Below, in pieces: positions 11,927 through 25,052 of a stretch of 64,000 bases of DNA. Made by a program: the position numbers and the translations under genes. The notes beneath the pieces are model-generated. The model saw only the letters and a program-made list of their open reading frames with translations, was not told where the DNA came from and did no database searches. The stretch spans positions 123,318,001 to 123,382,000 of the forward strand of contig OX597814.1 of NCBI GenBank assembly GCA_951406725.2, read 5' to 3'. This stretch comes from Octopus vulgaris (Eukaryota). How positions within the stretch are numbered: the first letter of the stretch is position 1; every line of letters starts with the position of its first letter.

Positions 11927-12621
11927 AATTTAGATTCAGATGAATATGGTACTTAAGTTGAGGCACCAGAATTTAGTACGGTATTATCCATACAATTTCA
12001 AAGTAAGGTAATTAAAATCAAAATATGCAACAAGGATATCCGGAGGTAATGCATCATTATCTGCATTGCCTTTGGATATCCTTGTTGCTTATTTTAATTT
12101 ATATATATATATATATATTAACAATTGAGGATAAAATCTTTAAAAGAAATTATCAGTAGTTAGCGTGAAAAACCTCGTAAGAGAAAATCCATAAATTTTT
12201 CCACTTTGAAAATATTTATTTATATTATATTGAGGGTACTACTATTGTAGGTACCATACGCTAAGAGGGACCAGTCCCTCTTAGCGTATGGTACCTACGA
12301 ATAGTAGTACCCTCAATATAATATAAATAAATATTTTCAAAGTGGAAAAATTTATGGCTATTTTCTCTTACGAGGTTTTTCACGCTAACTACTGATAATT
12401 TCTTTTAAAGATTTTATCCTCAATTGTTAATATATATATATATATATAAATTAAAATAAGCAACAAGGATATCCAAAGGCAATGCAGATAATGATGCATT
12501 ACCTCCGGATATCCTTGTTGCATATTTTGATTTTAATTACCTTACTTTGAAATTGTATGGATAATACCGTACTAAATTCTGGTGCCTCAACTTAAGTACC
12601 ATATTCATCTGAATCTAAATT
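11927..12621. repeat. ~695-bp near-perfect palindrome centred at 12272/12273
   Basis: aatttagattcagatg...ctaagagggac-ca-gtccctcttag...catctgaatctaaatt; arms differ only by small indels. Confidence 0.95.
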
Positions 12622-12664
12622 TTTGCTGAACTCATCTACCATACCCAAAGTATATATATCACAC

Positions 12665-13445
12665 TCCAGGGGGAGAAACTAGAAGTAGTTGATAGTTTCC
12701 ACTACCTAGATGACCAAGTTAGTAATGGAGGTGGAAACTCAGAGAGTGTCACCACTAGAATACGAATAGCCTGGGCAAAGTTTAGAAAGCTTCTATCCCT
12801 ACTGGTGACAAAGGGTCTCTCACTCCGAGTAAAAGATAGATTGTACGATGCATGTGTGCGAACTGCAATGCTTCACTGTAGTAAAACATGGGCTGTGACT
12901 GCAGAGGACATGAGTAGGCTTGAAAGAAATGAAGCTAGCATGTTCTGCTGGATGTGTAATGTCAGTGTGCACACACTGCAAAAACCCGACAAATAATGTG
13001 AGTTCATGGCTGTTTCCTGCACCAGTTTCGCATAGCCCCAGCCTATCCAAAGTACCTTGGATTGCAGAACGACCTGCTTTGCTTACCTTGGATCGTAGGG
13101 TGACCTGCTGTGCTTGAGGAGACCTATTGAGTCAAGTACATCAACATCAAAATAAATATCAAATGGAAATTGTAGTTGTGATACCTGTGCCGGTGGCACG
13201 TAAAAAGCACCATTTGAATGTGGCCGATCCCAGTGCTGCCTTGTCTGGCTTTTGTGCCAGTGGCACGTAAAAAGCACCCACTACACTCACAGAGTGGTTG
13301 GTGTTAGGAAGGGCATCCAGCTGTAGAAACACTGCCAGACCATACTGGAGCCTGGCGCAGCCTCCTGGCTTCCCAGACTCCAGTCGAACCATCCAACCCA
13401 TGCTAGCATGGAAAACGGATGTTAAACAATGATGATGATGATGAT
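12665..13445 (+). mobile_element. Degenerate, internally deleted copy of the RTE LINE (RT C-terminus plus 3' tail)
   Basis: VVDSFHYL..RIRIAWAKFRKLL..LYDACVRTAMLH..ERNEASM matches the 5775-6995 ORF; ends in (GAT)n. Confidence 0.88.
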
Positions 13446-13455
13446 TCTCTGTGTA

Positions 13456-13493
13456 TCTTTCTGTTGAAGAGCGTAGGCTCGAAACGTTAAAGA
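13456..13493 (+). ncRNA. Minimal hammerhead motif, A6U variant
   Basis: tcttt-CTGTTGA-a gagc gtag gctc-GAAA-CG-TT-aaaga; stems I and II pair perfectly. Confidence 0.6.
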
Positions 13494-14871
13494 CTTGTTT
13501 TATTTATATTTCCTGAGCGTCATACTAATACAATTGTTTGTTTGTATTCCACCTGCCTTCGTCTTTTGTTTATTTCCGTAAACCTGCCTTCATCTTTTGT
13601 CTATTTTCATAAAGCTTCCCGTTATATATATATATATAATATTTATAGGGAGAGAGAGAGACATACATGCAAGTGTTCAAAGTATGAAGTTAATTTTGTT
13701 ATCTGTGTTCCAACAATGGAGCTTTGTATCTTCATTAACAACTAGCTCCCTCCTTACAAGAAGAGAACACACACACACACACACACACACATTCACACAC
13801 ACAAGTACAAGCATGTTAGTATTGTTACTTGTCAGATGATGAGTAATTTTGAATGTAGACTTTTGCCAACATTGGTAAAATTAATGAAATTTGATATACA
13901 TACAATAATTATAATTAACTTTTATCAAATTTCTTGAGGCTTATACAAAATGATGAAATGTATACTAATTTTCAAAAGTAAAATATTTATTACCTTAAAA
14001 TAAAATTAAACAAATTTCTCATTTGTATATTTGCATTAAATACAGATTATTTTTCTGAATTTTATCAATACAATCACAGTCTACTCAATCAAAAACCTAT
14101 CTCTGCAAAATTTGAACTCCTCCCATAACTACCCTGTTATTTACTCCTCTTACTATTACTCCATCTACTGTTCCTACTCCTCCTTCTTCTTATTCTCTTC
14201 CTCCTTCTCATCCTTCTCCTTCACTACTTCCTCCTTCTCATTCTTCTCTTCTTTCTCCTTTTTCTCCTCCTCTTCCTGAATATTCTCCTCCTTTACCTCC
14301 TCCTTCTTCTGCTTCTCCTCTTTCTCTTCCTCTTCCTTTTCCTTCATTTTCTCCTCCTCTGTGTTTTTGAGTGTGTGTGTGTGTTTGTATGTAATTTTCC
14401 ATTACTTATTGCCTATCACCAAGCTTAGTATGTGCTCTCATCATGCTTCTCTTACATTAACTCTCTCTGTATATGTCTTTCACTCTTTCTCTCCTCCCCC
14501 CTTTCTCTATAAAGCATTTAACAGAATTAATACAATGACTGAATCTAACCATGTCGTAAAATATAAAAATTTGCAAACTCTGGAAGTGATCTCTTATAAA
14601 ATAAATAATAATACAGATATTTACTCTGCTGAAAATATTTTACCTACATTGAGTTAAATAAGAAAAAAAAAAAGAAAGAGAAACATTACCTGGTTAAACC
14701 TCTGTTCTTGGTACAGATAAAAACTCTGTTATCAAAAGTATTCCTTAGAATAGTTAGGGAAAACTTCCCCCTACAATACAATCCGCCAGATCTTTAGTAT
14801 CAAACTCAGTAATCCTCTGTCCTCGGTACAGGTAAAAACTCCAGTATCAAAAATGTTCTTTAGAATCATTA

Positions 14872-15265
14872 GGCATAAGAGTGGCTGTGTGGTAAGTAGC
14901 TTGCTTACCAACCACATGGTTCTGGATTCAGTCCCACTGCGTGATACCTTGAGCAAGTGTCTTCTACTATAGCCTTGGGCTGACCAAAGCCTTGTGAGTG
15001 GATTTGGTAGACGGAAACTAAAAGAAGTCCATCGTATGTGTGTGTGTGTGTATGTTTGCGTGTCTGTGTTTGTTCCCCCAACATTGCTTGACAACTGATG
15101 CTGATGTGTTTACGTCCCCATAACTTAGCGGTTCAGCAAAAGAGACTGATAGAATAAGTACTAGGCTTACAAAGAATAAGTCCTGGGGTCGATTTGCTCG
15201 ACTAAAGGCAGTGCTCCAGCATGGCCACAGTCAAATGACTGAAACAAGTAAAAGAGTAAAAGAGA
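14872..15265 (+). mobile_element. tRNA-derived SINE family B with internal (TG)n (other copies ~9781-10135, 49056-49472, 5212-5355 minus, 49520-49925 minus, 55790-56160 minus)
   Basis: gagtggctgtgtggtaagtagcttgc..ttcagtcccactgc..accttg.gcaagtg..; tail gactgaaacaagtaaaagag. Confidence 0.85.
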
Positions 15266-16039
15266 GACAACTTTCCCCTACAATACAAACTACCAGATCT
15301 TTAATACTAACCCAGTAAAGCTTTGCTACTCTACTACTCCAAACCTAGCTATAATAGTAGCTGCATCTAATTGTAGTGAACTTGATAAGGACTGTAATAT
15401 TAATTATAGGATACCATCAGTCTCAGGTTTGAGAACTAAGACAATACAGAAAAGCAATAGAGCACGCTTAGGTTTGAGCAAGGCGTTAAGACCAAGCTGA
15501 TTCAAGTAATGTGAATGAACTTTTTATCACAGGAAACTTAAATAATTAGTGTAATAAGATCTCAATCACCAGTTGTAATAGTGAAAGTACTACTATTGAA
15601 ATGGGATAAATATTTCTTCAAGTATAGGTATAGATGCAGCTGTCTGGTAAGAAACTTGCTTCCCAACCACAAGGTTCTTGGTTCAGTCCCACTGTGTGGC
15701 ACCCTGGGCAAGTGTCTTATATGTATTTATGTATGTAGGTATGTATACATATAGATATAGGTATCTGTCTATCTGTGTGAATGTGTTCATGTTTGTTCCC
15801 CCATCACTGCTTGACAACCAATGTTGGCATGTTTACTTCCCTGTAACTTTATGGTTTGAAAAAGAAATGGATTGATGAAGTACTAGGCTTTAAAAATACA
15901 AGTCCTGGGATTGGCTTGTTCCACTAAAAACACTCCAAGGTGGTGCTCCAGCATGGCAACAGTCGAATGACTGAAACAAGTACGAGAATAAGAGAATATA
16001 CAAAACCTATACATGTCAGAGGCTACATAACTTAGTGAA

Positions 16040-16470
16040 TCATAATGAATACAATAGGAAAAATAATTGTAAATGCAACTGTAGGGTAGATGAAAATTGT
16101 CCATTAACTGGGAACTGTTGTGTAAAAATATTGTTTACAGATATTCCATTAGAACACGTAATGCATGCAGAAAGCTACATCAATTATTTTAAGCAATGCA
16201 TTTATATACAACACCATTCATTTCCTAACCCTAAATTTAGACACTAAGACTCATTTGCAGGACATATATTTCATTTACAGTCTAAGGGCATAGATTATAT
16301 GATGTAATGGAGTATTATAAATTTAATCAAATACACCAAGGGGATAGGAAAGATTGTCATTTACGTATATGCAAAGCATTTGAGATTTTAAGAGCAAATC
16401 GAAATCTATTACATAAAATGAAATTGTAATTCAATACAAGCAGAAATTTACTTGGACTTTTAATTATTGC
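16040..16470 (+). mobile_element. Penelope-like GIY-YIG relic, highly degenerate
   Basis: CNCRVDENCPLTGNCC..HHSF..HIFHLQSKG..WSII: same motif order as 686-1330. Confidence 0.65.
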
Positions 16471-18740
16471 GTAATATGAAGAAATTTTTAATTACAATTA
16501 CAATGGTAAAGGATAGAGTCTGTATGATCTGTATTACATTATAATTGTATCCATCTAAACAAAGACATATTCATGTGCAAATGTGTTTAAATCTACTTGC
16601 AAATTTTGATATTATATTATAAAATCAAAATAGGCTTTACAAGTTATTATTCCCTATTAATACTTTCACTCTGCATATTGTCCATTAATAATTCAATTGG
16701 TTATTCTTATTCATACTAAATTATTTATTCATTCTAAGTCATCTTACTCTTTGATATCATCTTCTACTAAGTACATTATATTACCAAATACAACCAAATA
16801 CACGCATACACGCTTGTATACATGTGTATAAATGTGTATGAATTCATCTAAAATTCTACTTACAAATAATAATGGTATAAATACCATTACTAATCTTGAA
16901 TAAGGTTTGCATCTAATAATTCCTTACTGCTTTTACACAATATTGCTACATTCACTCAGCCTATCATACTTACAATGATTTATTCAATTGTTCTGGTTTA
17001 GTCAATTATTCTAATTTATCCAACTGATGATACTATATTGACTGTTACTAAGTAGTATCATGGTTATTATTCTAACTCTGATGTTCTCTGCTTCGCTATA
17101 TTATAGTGTAATGTTTTATATTAATGCTCAATCATGCTATTTTTATCATGTTTCTTTAAAATATCTATATCGTTTGCAGCATTGCTAATTGTCCATGAGA
17201 TTCATTTTATTTGTACTATTGTGTTATTAAGCATTCTAGTTATTGCTCCTAAATATGATATATCGGAATATTTATAGTCATAAAATGAGCATCAACAGTA
17301 TATGTATAAGTAATGAGTGCATATATGTATGTGTGTCTGTAGATATGTATTTTAAAGTGTGCGCTTATGTGGATAGACATATGTGTGTGTGTCAATGTGT
17401 GTGCATTTTTTGGTTAGTGTAAGTTTGTGTATGTGTGTACAATTCTGTTTCATCATCATCATCATTATCATTCAGCATCTGTTTTACATGCTGGCATGAG
17501 TTGGACAGTTTAACAGGATCTGGTGCACTACAGGGTTGCATTGAACTTCAATGTCAGCTTTGGCATGGTTTCTATGGTTGGATGCCCTTCCTAACACCAA
17601 CCACTTTACATTGTAAACTGGGTGCTTTTACCCTGCCACAAGCACTAGAAGAGTTGCCAAGCAACTTGCAAAACAGGAAAAGGACAAGGAAAAGGGAAAG
17701 AGAAAGGCCTTTTTGATTAAGTGGTGGTGGCAGTGGAGGTATTTGAGAGGGAGAAGAAATGATTTTTAAGCCAGGGACAAGCAGGTGTCTTGCTATGGAG
17801 AAGATACATGGCTACCCCACATTTATATAAGTGGAGGGGCATGGCTTAGTGGATCGGATTCCTCTTATGCATAATTTTTCTCTCAGTACATTAACACTAT
17901 ACATACTGATATTAAGGATTAGTCACACTCACACATGCACACACATTTATATATATATATATATAAACGATGAGCTTCTTTCAGTTTCCATCAACCAAAT
18001 CCACTCATAAGGCTTTAGTTGATCCAAGGCTTGCCTAAAGTGTGAATCTGACGACGACGTTTCATCATCATGTCTTTCAAAGCTAATAACACCTGCTCTT
18101 TGGAAAAATACTCTGACCATCAGGGTTTGTATCCTCATCCACTTTTAAAGCGCAAACTGTCCTAAGAAGTTGAGGTTTCACAGCTGCAGTCTTTTGCTTG
18201 AAGGAGCCTAAGAGATCCTGATACTAGTCAATTCAATAAACTCCAGTACTTGACTGTTAATCTGTTTTAATGATCTTGGCAAAGACTCACAGCAAAGTTA
18301 ACCTAAAAAGGATCTGAACTGACATAGTGAAGGGACCTAACCCCAGTAGTACAAAGGTATATTTTAGAATCTCTACCAGTTCCTGCTGATATCCCATGCT
18401 ATAGTATATTCATTACTACAAATTATTGAACTTTAACCAGTTAATATTCAAATGAAAACCATTTATCATTTCCTATGTGTATATTTTGAAAACTAATTAT
18501 CTGAGAAGACACTGATGGAGTAATTAGTTTTCATACTATGTTGTTATTGAAGCAACCTCCAATCATTGGCATTACATTGTCTGTGAATGGTTGAATCATT
18601 TTATACATACATATGTATGCTTGTACCTATATATATGTATATATATATATAGATAGATACATACATCCATACATATATATATATATATATACATAAATCC
18701 TACCTTCTTTTCTTTTTCTTAATATACATCTATATATATA

Positions 18741-19123
18741 CTAGCAGTATCTCCCGGCGTTGCTCAGGTTTGTAAGGGAAATAACTATAAAGCATTTTTA
18801 GAGATTTATAGCCAAAAAATAGCAAAAAAATGGGAAAAAATGATGGTAAATTTTTTTTGAGAGTGAAAAAGGTGGAGTTGCGTCCCCTAGACAGTTTGCG
18901 GTTTGTGTTTCTGATTCTCGACCCCATGTCGAATTTATCGATTTTTTTCAGAACTGGGGGAACTTTTAAAAATTTTCGCTACGTTAGTTTTGAATTATGA
19001 CATTGGGCTATGTGTGTGTCAAGTTTCATCAGAATCGGTTGAAAGCCGTGGTCAGGGTGAGGGTACAAGCAAACAGTCACACAGAAACACGCACAGACAA
19101 ACTGCCGTTTATATAGAGAGAGA
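18741..19123 (-). mobile_element. Non-autonomous Helitron-like element
   Basis: On the minus strand it starts TC(tctctatataaacggcag) and ends ...gagcaacgccgggagatactgCTAG with a subterminal hairpin; inserted between A and T with no TSD. Confidence 0.7.
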
Positions 19124-19129
19124 TATATA

Positions 19130-20433
19130 CAGGGTACAGTGAACAAACTATCATCTAAATTACACAAAAATGAAAATAAAACTGACATCTCATTTTAACA
19201 GATATATTTACTAAAATTACATAAAAATATCTTAAAATACTAAAGAGTAAATTTATTAAATAAAATTGCCATTGGCTTCAACCATGATCTCCAAATGACT
19301 TCAGAATCTTCTGCAACTCTTCTGGATGGTCTCCTTGTTTAAGTTGGTGAATGCTGCCATAATCCTTGCCTTCAGTTCATCCTTGGTGTTACAAGGAACT
19401 TTGTTGGTCTCTCTTTCACTCAACTGCACCCCACACATAATAATCAAGGGAGTTGTAGTCTGGGGAATTAAATGGCCAGATGTTAGGGGTGATGTGGTTG
19501 CAGAAATTGTCTGACAGTCATGACTGGGTTCTCCTGCTTGTGTTGCATGGTGCAGAGTTTGGAATCTTGGGGTTAGTAACCCGTGCTCTTAACCTTTATG
19601 CCATATGCCCATGGCTGGTAAAATTTTGGTTGTTGCCATCACCCCATCTTTGACAAGTGGCATTCTCTCAAGACACCTATCATCCTACTATATGCTATAT
19701 TGCAACATGTACGCATACATAATAAGCATGTCCATAATTTTGGGAAGGAAGGATGTGAGCTTGTGACTTTCATTGGTGTCATTCCAGTGGTTTGTTTCAC
19801 CAGGATTTCTGTTCTGACGTTTTACTGATCGTGGCCGTTGCCAGTCTCGCCTGACCTCCGTGCTGGTGGCACGTAAAAAGCACCATCTGATCGTGGTCGT
19901 TTGCCAGCCTTGTCTGGCACCTGTGCCGGTGGTACGTAAAAAGCACCTACTACACTCATGGAGTGGTTGGCGTTAAGAAGGGCATCCAGCCATAGAAACA
20001 TTGCCAGATCAGACTGGACCTGGTGCAGCCTTCTGGCTTCCCAGACCCCAGTTGAGCCGTCCAACCCATGCCAGCATGGAAAGCGGATGCTAAACGATGA
20101 TGATGATGATGATGATGATTTTATGCATGTAACCAACAAAACTACCCACGTAACTATCAGTATTCTTTCAGATATGTGTGACACAATAACATCGAAAAAT
20201 ACCTAAGGAATGAGAACCCAGGTTCGAAATTTCCCAAGATACCTGATGAAGGCTGGAGGGTATATCAGCCAAAATGTTGTGTTAACAACAAACAAGATGA
20301 GGACAAATATGCACCAAATGTAAATAATGTAAATAATGTACATAATTCCTCATCTCTTAAATATAGAACTGAAACAATGCACATGCACAAGATTGAAAAT
20401 ATAAAATTGCAACAATTTACCCATTGCACCCTG
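19130..20433 (-). mobile_element. Tc1/mariner-superfamily relic with transposase C-terminus (19262-19560) and nested insertions
   Basis: Minus-strand NSAPC.TSRRTQS.LSDNFC.HITPNIWP.NSPD..DYYVWG..ETNKVPCNTKDELKARIMAAFTNL. Ends ta|cagggtacagtg and cattgcaccctg|ta. Confidence 0.75.
20238..20283 (+). ncRNA. Decayed hammerhead motif (GAAA to AAAA)
   Basis: gatac-CTGATGA-a ggctg gagggtatat cagcc-AAAA-TG-TT-gtgtt. The two defects look like CpG decay of ccGAAAcg. Confidence 0.5.
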
Positions 20434-20870
20434 TATATATTTCATCATCATCATCATCATTTAATGCTCATTATCTGTGCTGGCATGGGTTGGACGGTTT
20501 GACCAGGGCTGGAAACCTGGAAGGCTGCTGCAGACTCCAGTCTGTTTTGGCATGGTTTGTACAGCTGGATGCCCTTCCTAACACCAACCACTGCAAGTGT
20601 GTAATGGGTCCTTTTATGTGCCACAAGCACAGATGCCATTTGCATGACACCAGTATCTGCTTCAACTGCAGTTTTACTTGGCTTGATGGGTTTTCTTCTC
20701 TAACATGGAATAATACCAAATGGACTTGGTCATTGCCTCCATGATGGTCCAATGCTCAAGGTCCAGCATAATGCCAAATGGTCTCAGTCCATACCTCTAT
20801 GAGGCCCATTTGAAAGGTGCTATTACATGCCACTGGCACGGATGCCATTTGCATGACACCGGAATCTGCC

Positions 20871-20995
<125 letters not shown>

Positions 20996-21005
20996 CATAC
21001 ATACA

Positions 21006-21040
<35 letters not shown>

Positions 21041-21313
21041 ATAAGGCAATTCAAATAAATAATAAGAATTATCATCCACACACATAATTCTCCTGATTTG
21101 AATTGTCTTGGATGTACACTCAGTAAACTGTTTATAATCCAAAGAAGCAGACTCAGGATTTAGCCATTTGATGAAAATACATTGGGATTGTTTACTTTGA
21201 ACAGCCCAAGGTTATGCCTTACCATTCATTGCAGTTAGCCTTAACTTGGATTATACTAGAATATTTGAATGGATCTATTATCCTTATATGTTCAATATCT
21301 ACATATCTATCTT

Positions 21314-21384
<71 letters not shown>

Positions 21385-21429
21385 GTCCATCTGTCCATCT
21401 GTCCATCTATCTATCTAACTATCTATCTA

Positions 21430-21486
<57 letters not shown>

Positions 21487-22614
21487 GTTTAATGTCCACT
21501 TTCCATTCTGGCATGGGTTGGATGGTTTGACTGGGGACTGGCAAGCCAGGAGGCTGCACCAGGCTCCAATCTGATTTAGCAAAGTTTCTACAGCTGAATG
21601 CCCTTTCTAATGCCAACCACTCCAAGAATGTAGTGGGTGCTTTTTACATCCCACCGGCATGGGAGACAATCAGGCAGCACTGGGATTGGCCACATTCAAA
21701 TGGTGCTTTCTACGTGCTACTGGCACAGGGGCCAGTCTATATGTATAAAGAAAAAGAAGGTAATCAGAATTTGAATAAAAACTATTTATTTAGTGCTTTC
21801 ATCCTGGTCAAAGATACATCTCAAATGACAAATCCCTGAAAGGGACATAAGTGCTAAATGAATAGTTTTCATCTGAATCCTGCTCCCTTCTTTTTCTTAA
21901 CCCTTTTGTTAATGTATCTATTTTGAGATGCTCTGTGTTTCTTTCAATTACTTTAAATATAACAAAGAATTTATTAAAATGACTTAGTTATCATTCAGCT
22001 AGTGTTTTCTTGGGGATCCCTTCAGTCATGAATGACCAGGGGATTGCACCTAGAAAGTTAACCCTCTGAGGCACAAGTCCGGGCAAGGCTGTTTGTGGAA
22101 GGCCAGCAATGGCCCATGCATACCTGCTTCCCTTCTCCACACCAATGATATTATCCAAGGGAGAGGCAAAGACCAATACAGCTTGGCACCAGTGATGTCG
22201 CAACTCATTTCTACAGCTGAGTTAACCGGAGCAACATGAAGTAAAGTGTCTTGCTCAAGAACACAACATGCAGCCAGATCTGGGAATCAAACACACAACC
22301 TCACAATCGTAAACTTGACACTCTAACCACTGAGCCATGCGCCTTCACCAGCTAGTTTTAGGAACATAAATTGTGACTAAGGTTTGGTGGAAGATTTTAA
22401 TTCAGAACTTATGAAAATAAGACATTTGTACACAGAGCCAGAACCTGTTTCAGCTGGGTTGGTAACGAAAGGGTTAATATATAAAATCCGTACACCACTT
22501 CAAGTAATCTATATATGTTCACATCTTCCTGAGTGTCAAACTAATGCATCTTGTTCGTTGTTCCCTCACCTGTCTCTGTCTTTTGTTTTTAATTTTGTGT
22601 ATCCTTTTGAGCCA

Positions 22615-22804
22615 TACACACACACACATGCACTCTTACACACACACACGCACTCTCACACACATGCATGCACTCTCACACATATACACGCACTCACAAA
22701 CGCCCTCTCACACACACATGCACACACACACACATTCTCTCACACACTCACACTCACACGCACTCACACACACATGCACACACACTTACACACACACACA
22801 TACA

Positions 22805-22851
<47 letters not shown>

Positions 22852-22943
22852 ACACATGCACTCTCACACACACACACACACACTCTCACACACACACACT
22901 CTCACATATACACACACATACATGCACTCTCACACACACATGC

Positions 22944-22992
<49 letters not shown>

Positions 22993-23822
22993 AGTGATGC
23001 AAGCATGGCTACGTGGTAAGAAGTTTGCTTCCCAATCACTTGGCTTCAAGCTCAGTCTCACTGCATGGCATCTTGGGCATGTGACTTCTATCAAAGCCTT
23101 GTGAGAGCATTTTGGTAGATGGAAACTAAAAGAAGCCCATTACATATATATCATCATCATCATCATCATCATCATTTAACATCTACCTTCCATGCTGGCA
23201 TGGGTGGGATGGTTTGACAGGAGCCAGACAGGTAGAAGCCAGCACCAGACTTCTATGACTGTTTTGGCAAGATTTTTACCGCTGGATGCCCTTCCTAACT
23301 CCAATCACCCAGCAGTGTGGATTTAGTGCTTTTTACATGGCACAAGCACATACCAATTCAGTTTTGGCAAGGTTTTTACAGCTGGAAGCCCTTCCAAATG
23401 CCAACCACTTTACAGTGTGGACTGGATGCTTTTTAAGTGGCACCTGTACTGACAGGGTCACCAAGTACTTGGTAGACAAAAGTCTTTTGAGAGGAAAGGG
23501 AGCATTGGACAAGGTGATATTGTGTCAGATGATGAAAGGTTATAGTTAGAGAGAGAGAGGCAGAAAGAGGTGTCTTGCTGTAGAGGAGATACAAGGTTAC
23601 CCGACCAGAGAGAGAGGGGGGAGGCAGGAGAGAGGGAAGGAGAGAGGGAGAGAGGGGGAGGAAGGGAAAGAGAGATCAGGAATGAGGGCAGAAACAGGTG
23701 TGCTGCCGCAAAGGAGATCCATGGTTATATATATATTTATGTGTATGTGTGTGTGTGTATATATGTACATGTGTGTGTGTGTATATGCACGTGTGTGTAT
23801 ATATATATGTATGTGTGTGTGC

Positions 23823-23857
<35 letters not shown>

Positions 23858-24015
23858 TGTGCATGTGTATATATGTACAAGTGTGTGTGTGTGTATATAG
23901 GTATGTGTGCATGTGTATATATATATGTACGTGTGTGTGTGTGTGTGTATGTGTATATATATATGTACATGTGTGTGTATATATATGTGTGTACATGTGT
24001 GTGCATGTGTGTGTT
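22615..24015. repeat. Compound (CA)n and (TG/TA)n microsatellite tracts with interspersed SINE fragments
   Basis: Degenerate CA tract 22615-22990 and TG/TA tract 23725-24015; source of many spurious ORFs. Confidence 0.95.
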
Positions 24016-24816
24016 TTACTGAGTCCTTGTCTTAACATCGCATGAAAGTTATAAGCAAGTATCACCATCATGCAAACTATGTTCTTTGTTTCCAATCTTC
24101 CTTGAAAATATATTTGGTCTGGTCTGGTCTGGTCTGGTCTGGTCTGTTCTGGTCTCATCCAGTCAGATCTTACTTGGAAATAGGTGAGCATTGATGACTG
24201 GGAGTGTACCACCTCAACAAATTCCATCTAACCCATGCAAGAATAGAAAAGTGGATGTTAAAATGATGATGATTATGATGATGACTACAATGATGATGAG
24301 GAGGAGGATGAGGATGATGATGATGATGATGCATAATCATCATTTTACACACAACTTACACTGCAGGACATTCCCTTCCTCTGCAATTGACTAAAGATTT
24401 TTCGCACTGCCTGCTGTGTTGCATTGATGCCAACATGGCTAGGATGAGTCATTATGGTGCAAGTCAGTTCTTATTTGGAGTTACTTCTCTCCTAGACAGA
24501 TCAGGAGGCCACACCTCACTTCTGTATTGTATTTGGTATTGTTTCTACAGCTAGATGCCCTTCCCAACACCCATCACTTTACCGAATGTACTGGATGCAT
24601 TTTATCCAGAAAGGGTGTCATGGTGTAAACAAGGCTAAAGGCCCTTCTCTTTATCTCTACTCATTTGTCAGCCTCTTTACAGAATGTATTAGTGGGGTTA
24701 CCTTGTACACCGCATACACATACTCATGTATGTATGTATGTATGTATGTATGTATGTATGTATGTATGTATGTATGTATGTGCATGTATGTGTGTGTGTA
24801 TGTATACATAAATATA

Positions 24817-25052
24817 TAGGGATGGCCAAAAGTCACCTGACAGTAAATCAAATTCAATTCCAAGATTAAAACAAAAAAATATTATATATGATACTTCACT
24901 AATAAATAGACAAATGTTGAATAGAAAACGGTGATTTTAACTCACAGCATTCAATTATTAAATATTCATAATTGGAATGAATAAATAAAATTGAATCTTG
25001 AGTATTTATTGAATTTTTTGATTTACTGTCAGGTGACTTTTGGCCAACTCTG
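24817..25052. mobile_element. Tc1/mariner-type MITE
   Basis: TIR core tggccaaaagtcacctgacagtaaatcaaa / tttgatttactgtcaggtgacttttggcca; AT-rich interior; TA-rich flanks. Confidence 0.75.

Noticed and set aside
17020-17065. CTGATGA followed by a hairpin (a similar case at ~8410-8458 minus)
   Set aside because: No correctly placed GAAA/UH and stem I; at most heavily decayed motifs.
21040-21142. Minus-strand KTIQIRRIMCVDDNSYYLF resembling the PB1 N-terminal EIRRF motif
   Set aside because: Wrong strand for the gene, no VKAY lysine motif, no suitable donor, and it runs into a microsatellite.
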